Below, piece by piece: positions 48,747-57,033 of a DNA stretch of 64,000 nucleotides (positions are counted from its first letter, which is position 1; each line of letters begins with the position of its first letter). The notes beneath the pieces were generated by a model. The model was not told the origin of the DNA and did no database searches. It was given only the letters and a program-made list of their open reading frames with translations. Origin of the DNA: Pirellulales bacterium (GTDB lineage: Bacteria > Planctomycetota > Planctomycetia > Pirellulales > UBA1268); contig JADHNY010000003.1 in NCBI GenBank assembly GCA_016779265.1, positions 12,741 to 76,740 on the forward strand, in the 5' to 3' direction. The position numbers were made by a program, and so were the translations under genes.

Positions 48747-50087
48747 ATGCAGGCATTTCGGGAGACCGTTTTCATGTTTGAGGCAGCATCGGCCTGTTCT
48801 GAAGCGAATCCCAGCCCTTCGGCATCCTCACCGCCGCCGGCATCGATCCCTCAACACGTCGATGTGGCGGTGGTGGGCGGTGGGCCCGCAGGGGCGACCG
48901 TGGCCACGCTCTTGGCAATGGCAGGTCGACGGGTTGCCCTGTTTGAGAGAGATCGCTTTCCACGATTTCACGTTGGAGAGTCGCTGATTCCTGAGTGCTA
49001 CTGGACGCTCGGCCGACTCGACATGCTCGGCAAGATGCGGGGCAGTGGATTCACTGAGAAACACTCGGTCCAGTTTGTGAATGAGCATGGCACTCTCTCC
49101 GCCCCCTTCTATTTCGCAGACCACAAGCAACACGATAGCTCGCGAACGTGGCAGGTCACTCGCAGCGAGTTTGACGTGATGATGCTCGAGAATGCTCGCG
49201 AGAAGGGCGTCGAGGTGTTTGAGGGCACGCGGGTGCTCGAAGTCACCTTCGACGGCACGCGTGCGACAGGCGTGACGGTGCAGCAGGAAGGAGCGGCTGC
49301 CGTGAGCGTGACGGCCGATGTGGTCGTTGATGCGAGTGGCCAGTCAGCCATGATTTCTGCTCGGTTGGGCAACCGACAGTGGGATACGGAACTGAAGAAA
49401 GCTGCTGTCTGGAGCTACTGGCGGGCCGCTGAGCGCGGCGAGGGAAAAGACGAAGGCGCTACGACCGTCTTGCAGCTTGATCAGAAGCAGGGCTGGTTCT
49501 GGTATATCCCGCTCGCGGACGACATGGTCAGCGTGGGGGTGGTGGCAGACAACGACTATCTGCTGAAAGACCGCGGCCACCGCGATGCTGAAAAGATTTA
49601 TGCCGAAGAGATCGACCGCTGTCCGGGGCTTGGGCCACGATTGGCGAACGCCGAGCGGGTGGCACCGGTGCGGGTGGCGAAAGAATATTCCTACCGTGCC
49701 ACGGAGGTCGCCGGAGATGGCTGGGTGTTGATCGGAGATGCCTTCGGCTTCCTCGACCCGCTCTACTCCTCCGGCATTCTGTTGGCATTGCGGAGCGGCG
49801 AGATGGCGGCCGACGCCATCGATGCAGCGTTGGCTGCCGGGGATCCATCAGCGAAGCGGCTGGGCACGTGGGGGCCAGATTTTGTTCGCGGCATGGATCG
49901 CATGCGTCGACTGGTGATGGAGTTCTATGACGGGCTCAACTTCGGCAAACTCGTCAAGCGAAATCCAGAGCTGCAGGGTGTGATCACCGATCTGCTCATC
50001 GGCGACCTGTTTACCGATCGCGTGGACGCAATCGTTGGCCCCCTCGATGAGCTGCGTGCTGAAATGGCTACGACAGCTGCGAGCTAA
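48747..50087 (+). CDS. FAD-dependent oxidoreductase of the flavin-dependent halogenase type
   Basis: GxGxxG VDVAVVGGGPAGA, RFHVGESLIP, candidate Lys in TEKHSVQF, WxWxIP motif GWFWYIPL, FxxPxxSxG motif FGFLDPLYSSGI. Confidence 0.65.
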   Translation: MQAFRETVFMFEAASACSEANPSPSASSPPPASIPQHVDVAVVGGGPAGATVATLLAMAGRRVALFERDRFPRFHVGESLIPECYWTLGRLDMLGKMRGSGFTEKHSVQFVNEHGTLSAPFYFADHKQHDSSRTWQVTRSEFDVMMLENAREKGVEVFEGTRVLEVTFDGTRATGVTVQQEGAAAVSVTADVVVDASGQSAMISARLGNRQWDTELKKAAVWSYWRAAERGEGKDEGATTVLQLDQKQGWFWYIPLADDMVSVGVVADNDYLLKDRGHRDAEKIYAEEIDRCPGLGPRLANAERVAPVRVAKEYSYRATEVAGDGWVLIGDAFGFLDPLYSSGILLALRSGEMAADAIDAALAAGDPSAKRLGTWGPDFVRGMDRMRRLVMEFYDGLNFGKLVKRNPELQGVITDLLIGDLFTDRVDAIVGPLDELRAEMATTAAS

Positions 50088-50116
50088 TCAGATGCGATGA
50101 CTCTGGCTGGTGCTGC

Positions 50117-52084
50117 TCAGGCCGCGGTGGCTGTCCCGCCAAGCAGTGGTGGCATCGGGCAGCCGAGGGCATCAGCCACGCCCCGCAAGAGTTCGGCTTC
50201 CGTGGCGGTGATGACTCCGTCATGCGAGACGATTGCTGCGATCGCCTCGACAACGCGTCGCTTTGACTTCGGCTTGATAGAGGCCAGAGCGTCCACGGCA
50301 TCTCCCAAGGCATCGAGTCGAGCCTGGGAGGCTGTCAGCAGTTGAAGGCCTTTGAGGCCAGTGGCCGCGACACCCCGCTCAAAGGCGGCCGCCGCCTCGT
50401 CGCTTGAGGAAGCACCGCCGTAAGCGAGGCAGCTAAGCAGCACCGACACATCACGACGCGACGGCGAGCGTTTCTTGCCAACCTTCGACTCGGTTCCAAA
50501 CACCGGATCGAGATGCCGCAGCAAGATCTTCTGCAGCACCCATTCGAAGAGATCGAGCCGGCGGTCCGCCTGGACCAACGCTTCGATGGCTCCACGAAAC
50601 CGCTTGTATTGTTCGATGGAGAGCGTTCGCAGGGTCCCGATGGCCGTGTCTACCAGCATCAGCCGCTGTTCACGGGGCTGGGTGTCGACGAGCAGAGAGA
50701 GCTCACGGGTTTCCTGACAGGAGGCGGGCTCGGCAAGCGATTCGAGCAGCTGAAACTGCTGGTGCCGCATGTTTGGGTCTGGGTCGAGCAGTAGTGCATA
50801 GACAAGCCCGCGACATCCAAACGGATCGTGGGCGGCATCCCGCAGTCGCGACGGCAACGCAGTGAGGAGCTCGTGGGCGTGTGCAATGTCGGCAGCAGTC
50901 GGCTCGCCAATCGCCGCGACGGCAGAGCGAGTGGCGACTGGGGGAGCCGCGAGCGGCGCTGCTGATGCCGCTGGTGGTGTTTTCAGGTCTGCTGAACCGC
51001 TCGCAAAACCGGCAATGGCTGCCTGGGGGCTGCTGCCTGTGCCGCTGGAACTGTTGGCCGTGGACTCGGCGAGAAGTGCGGCTGTGGCAGCATCGATGCG
51101 GGCGATCCGCTCTTGCAGCGGGGGATGCGTGGCAAAGAGTGTCCACAGGCCTGATGAGAAGAACATGTGGGAGGCCTCAGCCGCTCGCGGCGTCTCCAGC
51201 TTCGAGCCGTCGGGCGATGCGATCCGAGCCAGCGCCCCGGCGATGCCGGCTGGATTGCGGGTGAACTGCACGGCTGAGGCATCTGCCAGAAACTCCCGCT
51301 GCCTGCTGACCGCTGCCTTGATCAGGCTCCCGAAGAAGGTGCCGACATAGCCGATCACCATTAAGGCGAGTCCAAACAGGGCGATACCAGCCTGCGCCCC
51401 ACCCTCGTTTTTGCTCGACCGTCGGTGTCTGCCGGAAGCGAAAATCCTCAGCATGTAGTAGCCGATCAGGCCGAGCACGAGGATGCCATGCACGATCGCG
51501 ATCAGCCTGAGGTTAAGCCGCATATCTCCGTGGAGAATGTGGCTGAACTCATGCGCGACAACACCCTGCAGCTCATCCCGAGAAAGCTGTTCGGCAGCAC
51601 CACGAGTAATGCCAATCACTGCGGAGTCGATGTCGAGGCCAGCGGCGAATGCATTGATGCCCGACTCGTTGTCGAGCAGGTAGACCGGTGGCACGGCCGT
51701 GCCCGAAGCGATCGCCATCTCCTCAACAATGTTGAGTACTTTCCGCTCAAGGGGATCACGGGCATCGGGGGTCAGCCGGCGTCCGCCAAGCATTTCCGCA
51801 AGCTTCTCACCACCTCCAGAGAGCTGCAGCGTCTTGTAAAGACTGCCGCCCCCGATCACCAAGCTCACGCCAGCCGCAACCAGCAAGAAGACATCCGGCT
51901 GCCACCAGGCCGTACGTTCAAAGAGGGCAGGCGATCCATCGCTGAGGTTTGGCTGGCTCCCAATAAATACTGCCAGAGCAACGACATAGATGATGACCAC
52001 AGTGGCCACGAAGGCCGCCACCATCAGTCCCACTAAGAGCTTGGTGTTGCGGCGAGCCCTGTCTTGATGAGCAAAAAAGTCCAT
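50117..52084 (-). CDS. M48 (HtpX/Ste24-like) membrane metallopeptidase with long C-terminal TerB-like extension
   Basis: HExxH VVAHEFSHILHGD, flanking TM helices, EFLADASAV. The C-terminal ~300 aa end in VVEAIAAIVSHDGVITATEAELLRGVADALG (TerB/DjlA-N-like). Confidence 0.75.
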   Translation of the reverse strand: MDFFAHQDRARRNTKLLVGLMVAAFVATVVIIYVVALAVFIGSQPNLSDGSPALFERTAWWQPDVFLLVAAGVSLVIGGGSLYKTLQLSGGGEKLAEMLGGRRLTPDARDPLERKVLNIVEEMAIASGTAVPPVYLLDNESGINAFAAGLDIDSAVIGITRGAAEQLSRDELQGVVAHEFSHILHGDMRLNLRLIAIVHGILVLGLIGYYMLRIFASGRHRRSSKNEGGAQAGIALFGLALMVIGYVGTFFGSLIKAAVSRQREFLADASAVQFTRNPAGIAGALARIASPDGSKLETPRAAEASHMFFSSGLWTLFATHPPLQERIARIDAATAALLAESTANSSSGTGSSPQAAIAGFASGSADLKTPPAASAAPLAAPPVATRSAVAAIGEPTAADIAHAHELLTALPSRLRDAAHDPFGCRGLVYALLLDPDPNMRHQQFQLLESLAEPASCQETRELSLLVDTQPREQRLMLVDTAIGTLRTLSIEQYKRFRGAIEALVQADRRLDLFEWVLQKILLRHLDPVFGTESKVGKKRSPSRRDVSVLLSCLAYGGASSSDEAAAAFERGVAATGLKGLQLLTASQARLDALGDAVDALASIKPKSKRRVVEAIAAIVSHDGVITATEAELLRGVADALGCPMPPLLGGTATAA

Positions 52085-52279
52085 GTCACCTCACATCGGA
52101 TGAAGGAGCTGCACGAGGGATGCCGTCCCAGTGAGCACACCGTCGGTGGCTGCCTGCCTTCGCGAAGACCGCGTGGCCTGCCGGCAGTCGGGCGACGATG
52201 CTCCGCTGGAGGCGTGTTGCGGGAGAGACCGTTGACGAAGCGTCTCGCCGCTGAGCCGTTCGTAAAGAGCGTCAAAGAC

Positions 52280-52897
52280 TCAGAACGACACCTTGGGGGC
52301 CTGCTTGATCTGCTCCTTATCATCGAACTCCAGCAGTGATGCCGGCTGGAAGCCGAACATGCCTGCGAACAACACCGGCGGGAAGGTACTGCGGTAGGTG
52401 TTGTAGGCAGTGACGGAGTCGTTGAACGATTGCCGGGCAAAGGCCACTTTGTTTTCTGTGCTGGTGAGCTCTTCCTGGATGGAGAGCATGTTCTGGTTGG
52501 CTTTGAGGTCAGGATAGGCCTCGGCCAGGGCAAAGAACCGCCCCAGACTCTGGGTCAACGCTGTTTCGGCAGCCCCGAGCGAGCCGATCGCCGCGGCGTT
52601 GCCAGGATTGGCTGCGGCTGTCGACGCGGCGGCGGATGCCTGGTTTCTCGCCTGAATGACCGCTTCGAGCGTTTCCCGCTCATGGGCCATGGCGCCCTTG
52701 GCTGTTTCCACAATATTGGGAATCAGGTCGTAGCGTCGCTTGAGCTGCACGTCGATCTGTGCAAACGCGTTCTTAAACCGTTGCGAAAGAGTTACGAGTT
52801 TGTTGTAGATGCTGGCGACCAGCATCAAGACGACCACGACGATGCCGGCAATCACCAGCAGGGTGATCGTCGACTCAGAGAGTGCGAACAGCGGCAT
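52280..52897 (-). CDS. LemA family protein
   Basis: N-terminal TM helix, then YNKLVTLSQRFKNAFAQIDVQLKRRYDLIPNIVETAKG...YPDLKANQNMLSIQEEL. Confidence 0.85.
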   Translation of the reverse strand: MPLFALSESTITLLVIAGIVVVVLMLVASIYNKLVTLSQRFKNAFAQIDVQLKRRYDLIPNIVETAKGAMAHERETLEAVIQARNQASAAASTAAANPGNAAAIGSLGAAETALTQSLGRFFALAEAYPDLKANQNMLSIQEELTSTENKVAFARQSFNDSVTAYNTYRSTFPPVLFAGMFGFQPASLLEFDDKEQIKQAPKVSF

Positions 52898-52994
52898 GGC
52901 GGTTTCTCCAGGGGGCAGACGTTGGGAGCATCGATCGCGAAAAATAAGTCTACGGCGGCGAGTCGTTGCCTGTCGCGACCGCTTTCGGCTGGCG

Positions 52995-53951
52995 TTAGCT
53001 GACCACGTTTCGAGGCGTTCCGTCGAGGAAGCCGCGGAGATTGGCAGTGACCTCGTTGATCAGCCGTCCGCGAGCATTGCGAGTTGCCCAGGCGATGTGA
53101 GGCGTGATGACGCAGTTGCGAGCACCGAGCAACGGGTTGCTGGCCGCTGGTGGTTCGGTGGAGAGCACATCGACTCCGGCTCCAGCCACGCTGCCGGCAG
53201 CAAGCGCTGCGGCCAGGTCCGCCTCCACGACCAGTCCGCCGCGGGCGGTGTTGATCAGGTACGCCGAGGGCTTCATCAGCGAAAGTCGCTGGGCGTTGAT
53301 CAGGCCCTCCGTATCGGGCGTCAGTGGGCAGTGCAGGCTGACAACGTCTGCCGAGGCAAACAGATCGTCGAGCGATCGAAAGCCCACGCCATCGGCGTCG
53401 GTGCCCGGCTGTTGGCTCCGAGTGCTGGCGATGACCTGCATACCAAATGCCTGGCCGATGGCGGCCACACGTCGCCCGATCGCTCCGTAGCCAACGATGC
53501 CGAGTGTGAGACCCTCCAGCTCAATCAGATCACCGTCCCACCAGCAAAAGTCTGGGGAGGCCGCCCAGCGGCCGCGGTGTACCTCGTCACTGTGGTGCCC
53601 GGTGTGGTTGGTGAGTTCGAGCAGCAGGGCAAACACCGACTGGGCAACACCAGGAGTGCTGTAACCGGGAACGTTCGTCACGGTTACGCCGTGACGAGCA
53701 GCGGCAACAAGATCGATCACGTTGGTGCCGGTGGAGAGCAGCCCGACATACCGCAGGTTGGGCAATGCAGCGATTGTCTCGGCGGTGAGCACGGTCTTGT
53801 TGGTCAAGAGCACCTCAGCCCCAGCAGCACGCTGCACGACCTCAGCGGCGGGTGTGCGATCGTGCGGTATCACGTTGCCAAGGGCCGCCAGGGGGCCCCA
53901 GTCGAGGTCGCCGGGATTCGTGGTATGGGCGTCGAGGATCACAATTTTCAT
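52995..53951 (-). CDS. D-isomer-specific 2-hydroxyacid dehydrogenase (glycerate dehydrogenase-like)
   Basis: NAD-binding LGIVGYGAIGRRVA, LINTARGGLV, ITPHIAWAT. Confidence 0.85.
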   Translation of the reverse strand: MKIVILDAHTTNPGDLDWGPLAALGNVIPHDRTPAAEVVQRAAGAEVLLTNKTVLTAETIAALPNLRYVGLLSTGTNVIDLVAAARHGVTVTNVPGYSTPGVAQSVFALLLELTNHTGHHSDEVHRGRWAASPDFCWWDGDLIELEGLTLGIVGYGAIGRRVAAIGQAFGMQVIASTRSQQPGTDADGVGFRSLDDLFASADVVSLHCPLTPDTEGLINAQRLSLMKPSAYLINTARGGLVVEADLAAALAAGSVAGAGVDVLSTEPPAASNPLLGARNCVITPHIAWATRNARGRLINEVTANLRGFLDGTPRNVVS

Positions 53952-54267
53952 CGGCGTTTCACTCGTGCGTGGGCGGATTCTTCAGTTGAGAGCGTTCTTT
54001 TGTACGGCCTTGAACAGGTTTCACGGAAGAATTCTCGGAAGAAATGCATGCTCACGAAATCCTCACATTATCCACATCAATACCTCACACTTCGCTAATA
54101 CTTTTGGATCTGAGCTGGCGGATGCTTTGCCAGTTGCTTAGCAACCTCCATTTGTTTTGGCATCGTCCCGGTCGGATCCGGGCTGAGTTCTCACCACCTT
54201 GTTCTTATTACCTTGCGGGTTCTGCACCGATGGCAGCCCCGCATTCTCGAAGGAGAAATCGCCAGTC

Positions 54268-55311
54268 ATGGCAGACACGAACATCCATCACAGTCACCCT
54301 GCTGACGGTCGCACGGTCGCGGCACGCAGCGGCTTCACCCTTGTCGAACTGCTCGTCGTAATTGCGATTATCGGCGTGCTGGTCGGTCTGCTGCTTCCTG
54401 CCGTGCAGAGCGCTCGCGAGGCGGCTCGGCGGATGCAGTGCGGCAACAACATGCGTCAGTTCGGGCTTTCCTTCCACAATGCCCACGACACGCTTGGCTA
54501 CTTTCCGGCAGCCTGCTACACGATCGACTCAACTGACCTCTCCGAGTTTCCGCAGGCTCCGCGAGGGAATCCTTCCCGCACCGAGCATTCGTGGCGGGTG
54601 AAGGTGATGCCATACATGGAGGACAACACCCTCGCCAGCCAATACAACTTCGACCTCAACTGGTGGGAAGGGCCAAACCTTGCTGTTGCTCAGCAGAATG
54701 TCTCGGTCTACCGCTGTGGTTCAGCTCCACAGCCCGAGGGGCTTCTCAGCACGCCTCCAGGACCCACGCGCGACAGCGACTCCCAGGCTCCCGCGTTGAG
54801 CCTGAGTGCCCCGCTGGGAACGAGTGATTACGAGGTCTTCACCGGAGTGAAGAACAAGGTCTTCGACCCAGACCCCTACGCCAGCAAGGGCCCTGTGGCC
54901 GACGGTGCGCTGGTCAAGGACAAGGTGTCTACGATGGGACAGATCAAGGACGGCACGTCCAAGACCACGCTCGTTGTCGAGGCCGCAGGTCGGCCAACGA
55001 TGTGGCGTGGGCAGCCTTCCGTGGCGACTGGTGAGATCAATCAGTGCCTTGGCTGGGCGGATTCACTCGGTCCGTTCAAGCTTCACAACATCGGCCCAGA
55101 CGGCATGAAGAACTCCGTTCCGAAGAACCAGGGGCTTCCCTTCGGCGGTTCATGGGGTGGAACGAACGACGGCGAGGCCTACTCCTTCCATCCTTCCGGC
55201 ATGAACGTGGTGATGTGTGACGGCTCGACGCACCACATCAACAACAGCATCGACCTTCGCGTGATGGCAGCCAAGATCACGCGGATGGGTGGCGAATCTG
55301 TGCAGGAGTAA
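54268..55311 (+). CDS. DUF1559 protein (type IV pilin-like N-terminus, H-X9-DG C-terminal motif)
   Basis: GFTLVELLVVIAIIGVLVGLLLPAVQSAREAARRMQCGNNMRQ and C-terminal FHPSGMNVVMCDGSTHHI. AGGAG lies 12 nt upstream of ATG 54268. Confidence 0.85.
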   Translation: MADTNIHHSHPADGRTVAARSGFTLVELLVVIAIIGVLVGLLLPAVQSAREAARRMQCGNNMRQFGLSFHNAHDTLGYFPAACYTIDSTDLSEFPQAPRGNPSRTEHSWRVKVMPYMEDNTLASQYNFDLNWWEGPNLAVAQQNVSVYRCGSAPQPEGLLSTPPGPTRDSDSQAPALSLSAPLGTSDYEVFTGVKNKVFDPDPYASKGPVADGALVKDKVSTMGQIKDGTSKTTLVVEAAGRPTMWRGQPSVATGEINQCLGWADSLGPFKLHNIGPDGMKNSVPKNQGLPFGGSWGGTNDGEAYSFHPSGMNVVMCDGSTHHINNSIDLRVMAAKITRMGGESVQE

Positions 55312-55367
55312 GCAGCCTCGGCTTCCCGTTGATCGATGGAAGCTGAAGGAGTGCTGTGATGATTTGC

Positions 55368-55408
55368 AAACGCCCCGTTCAAACCATCCTGGTTCGGACG
55401 GGGCGTTT
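55368..55408 (+). terminator. Rho-independent terminator after the DUF1559 gene
   Basis: AAACGCCCCGT (55368-55378) / ACGGGGCGTTT (55398-55408): perfect 11-bp arms with additional inner pairing (AACC/GGTT), followed by TTTCGCATGTTCTT. Confidence 0.7.
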
Positions 55409-55507
55409 CGCATGTTCTTGGACAGTTGTCGTAGAACATGCGCGATGGAATCAGCGTAGGCCGCTGGTGGGCGGCGGGTGAGATTTCTCTGATGCTAGGA
55501 AAACTTC

Positions 55508-56905
55508 ATGCGTTCGTTCTGGTTTGTGGTGTTTTCAGTGTGCTCTCTTCTCTGTGCCGTGAGCGTCGCTGATGCGGTTGCTGAGCCGCTGCCTTCGATC
55601 GCTGGCTGCCGCATCGAAGCTGTTGGATTCTTACCGCCCGCCGTGCTCTGCGAGGCGAGTGGGCCTGGTTCAATCGATGTGGGGCTTGGCGGGCTCAGCG
55701 ACCTGCTGCTGGAGTCTGAGAACGCAGGGACACTCCGATTTCAAGCGATCACTGACCGTGGACCTAATGGCAAAGTTCAGACGCCTGAAGGCAAGCGACG
55801 CACCCTGCTCAATCCTGCGTTTGCCCCGACCGTTGTCAGTTTTGAGGTGGCGGAAGCGAACCCTGACAACCCGCTTGTGACGACCCGCGATGGTTCCGCA
55901 GCGAGGCTCTCGGTCAGCCTGATTGGCATGAATCCGCTCTTTGGTCGCACCGGCGTGCCGCTGACGGGGCGACCGAATGGTCTCGGCAATGATGAGCCGA
56001 TCCTTGATGCCAGTGGTGAGAAGGTGCTTGAGGCGGATCACAACGGCTTTGATACCGAAGGCCTCGTCCTCCTGCCTGATGGCAGCTATTGGATCTCCGA
56101 GGAGTACCGTCCGTCGCTGGCATGGATGTCGGCAGACCGGCATGTGCAGGGGCGGCTCACGCCTGCTGGCCAGAAACTCACCGACGCCGACATGGAGTCA
56201 CTCGACGTCCTGCCATCTGCATACGGCAATCGCCAAGACAATCGCGGCTTTGAGGCACTGGCTGCGAGCGAGGATGGCAGCACGGTGTGGGTGATGCTGC
56301 AGAGTCCGCTTGACCATCCAGCGGAAGGTGCTGCGTCTGCGACGGGGAACGTGCGGCTGCTGGCGATCGACGTCGCGAGCAAACGGCCGGTGGGTGAGTA
56401 TGTCTACCGTGCTGGTCGCCCTTCGGCCGCAGGCTGGGCGAGTCAGGGGGCACCACCGGAAGATGTGAAGCTCTGTGCGATGTCTGCTCTTGACGATGGG
56501 CGGCTGCTCGTGCTGGAGCAGTCTGATGGTGCGGTCGCTGAGCTGTATGTGATCTCACTGAAGGCTGCCACGAATCTGCTGGACCGGGCTGCAGAGATGC
56601 CGGTTGAGCCCATCGCCGATCTGGCAGCCGCCGGCATCGCGATGGTCGGGAAAACGCTGGTTGCCGATCTGGCGCCCCATCTCCCGGCGATGGCAGACCA
56701 TGTCACCGATGGAGCCTGGCGGAAGTATGGCGATGAGCCACCAGGACTGAAAATCGAAGGCATGGCCGTTCTCGACCCCCACCGCGTGGCACTGGTCAAC
56801 GACAACGACTTCAACATCGACTGGATCGAGGATCCTGCCGAGCCACAGCGACGCAACTGCCTGTGGGTGATTGAGCTCCATGATCCTCTGGTGGCGATTC
56901 CCTAA
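55508..56905 (+). CDS. Secreted 'esterase-like activity of phytase' family protein
   Basis: Signal peptide. GGLSDL...ITDRGPNG, FDTEGLVLLPDGSYWISEEY, and NDNDF near the C-terminus. Confidence 0.5.
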   Translation: MRSFWFVVFSVCSLLCAVSVADAVAEPLPSIAGCRIEAVGFLPPAVLCEASGPGSIDVGLGGLSDLLLESENAGTLRFQAITDRGPNGKVQTPEGKRRTLLNPAFAPTVVSFEVAEANPDNPLVTTRDGSAARLSVSLIGMNPLFGRTGVPLTGRPNGLGNDEPILDASGEKVLEADHNGFDTEGLVLLPDGSYWISEEYRPSLAWMSADRHVQGRLTPAGQKLTDADMESLDVLPSAYGNRQDNRGFEALAASEDGSTVWVMLQSPLDHPAEGAASATGNVRLLAIDVASKRPVGEYVYRAGRPSAAGWASQGAPPEDVKLCAMSALDDGRLLVLEQSDGAVAELYVISLKAATNLLDRAAEMPVEPIADLAAAGIAMVGKTLVADLAPHLPAMADHVTDGAWRKYGDEPPGLKIEGMAVLDPHRVALVNDNDFNIDWIEDPAEPQRRNCLWVIELHDPLVAIP

Positions 56906-57033
56906 GGCCGCTGCGGTTGGTGCTGCGGGCTCATCGAGGCGTTTTCAGAGACCGCCACACGAACGGCTGCCGATGGTAGACTCCCCGGCTCTGCCTCAAG
57001 GGCGAGGCCGTGTTCGGGGAGGATTGGCAGATC

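Noticed and set aside
52085-52279. Hidden small gene between LemA and the M48 peptidase
   Set aside because: Neither strand has an ORF with a sensible start or composition. I treated it as an untranslated spacer.
52809-54098. 429-aa ORF antisense to the 2-hydroxyacid dehydrogenase
   Set aside because: It is a shadow ORF. The minus-strand gene has the NAD-binding and catalytic motifs.
56906-57033. Mn2+ (yybP-ykoY) riboswitch in front of the NRAMP-like gene
   Set aside because: The conserved four-way-junction core sequences are not recognisable. The motif also normally controls exporters rather than NRAMP importers.
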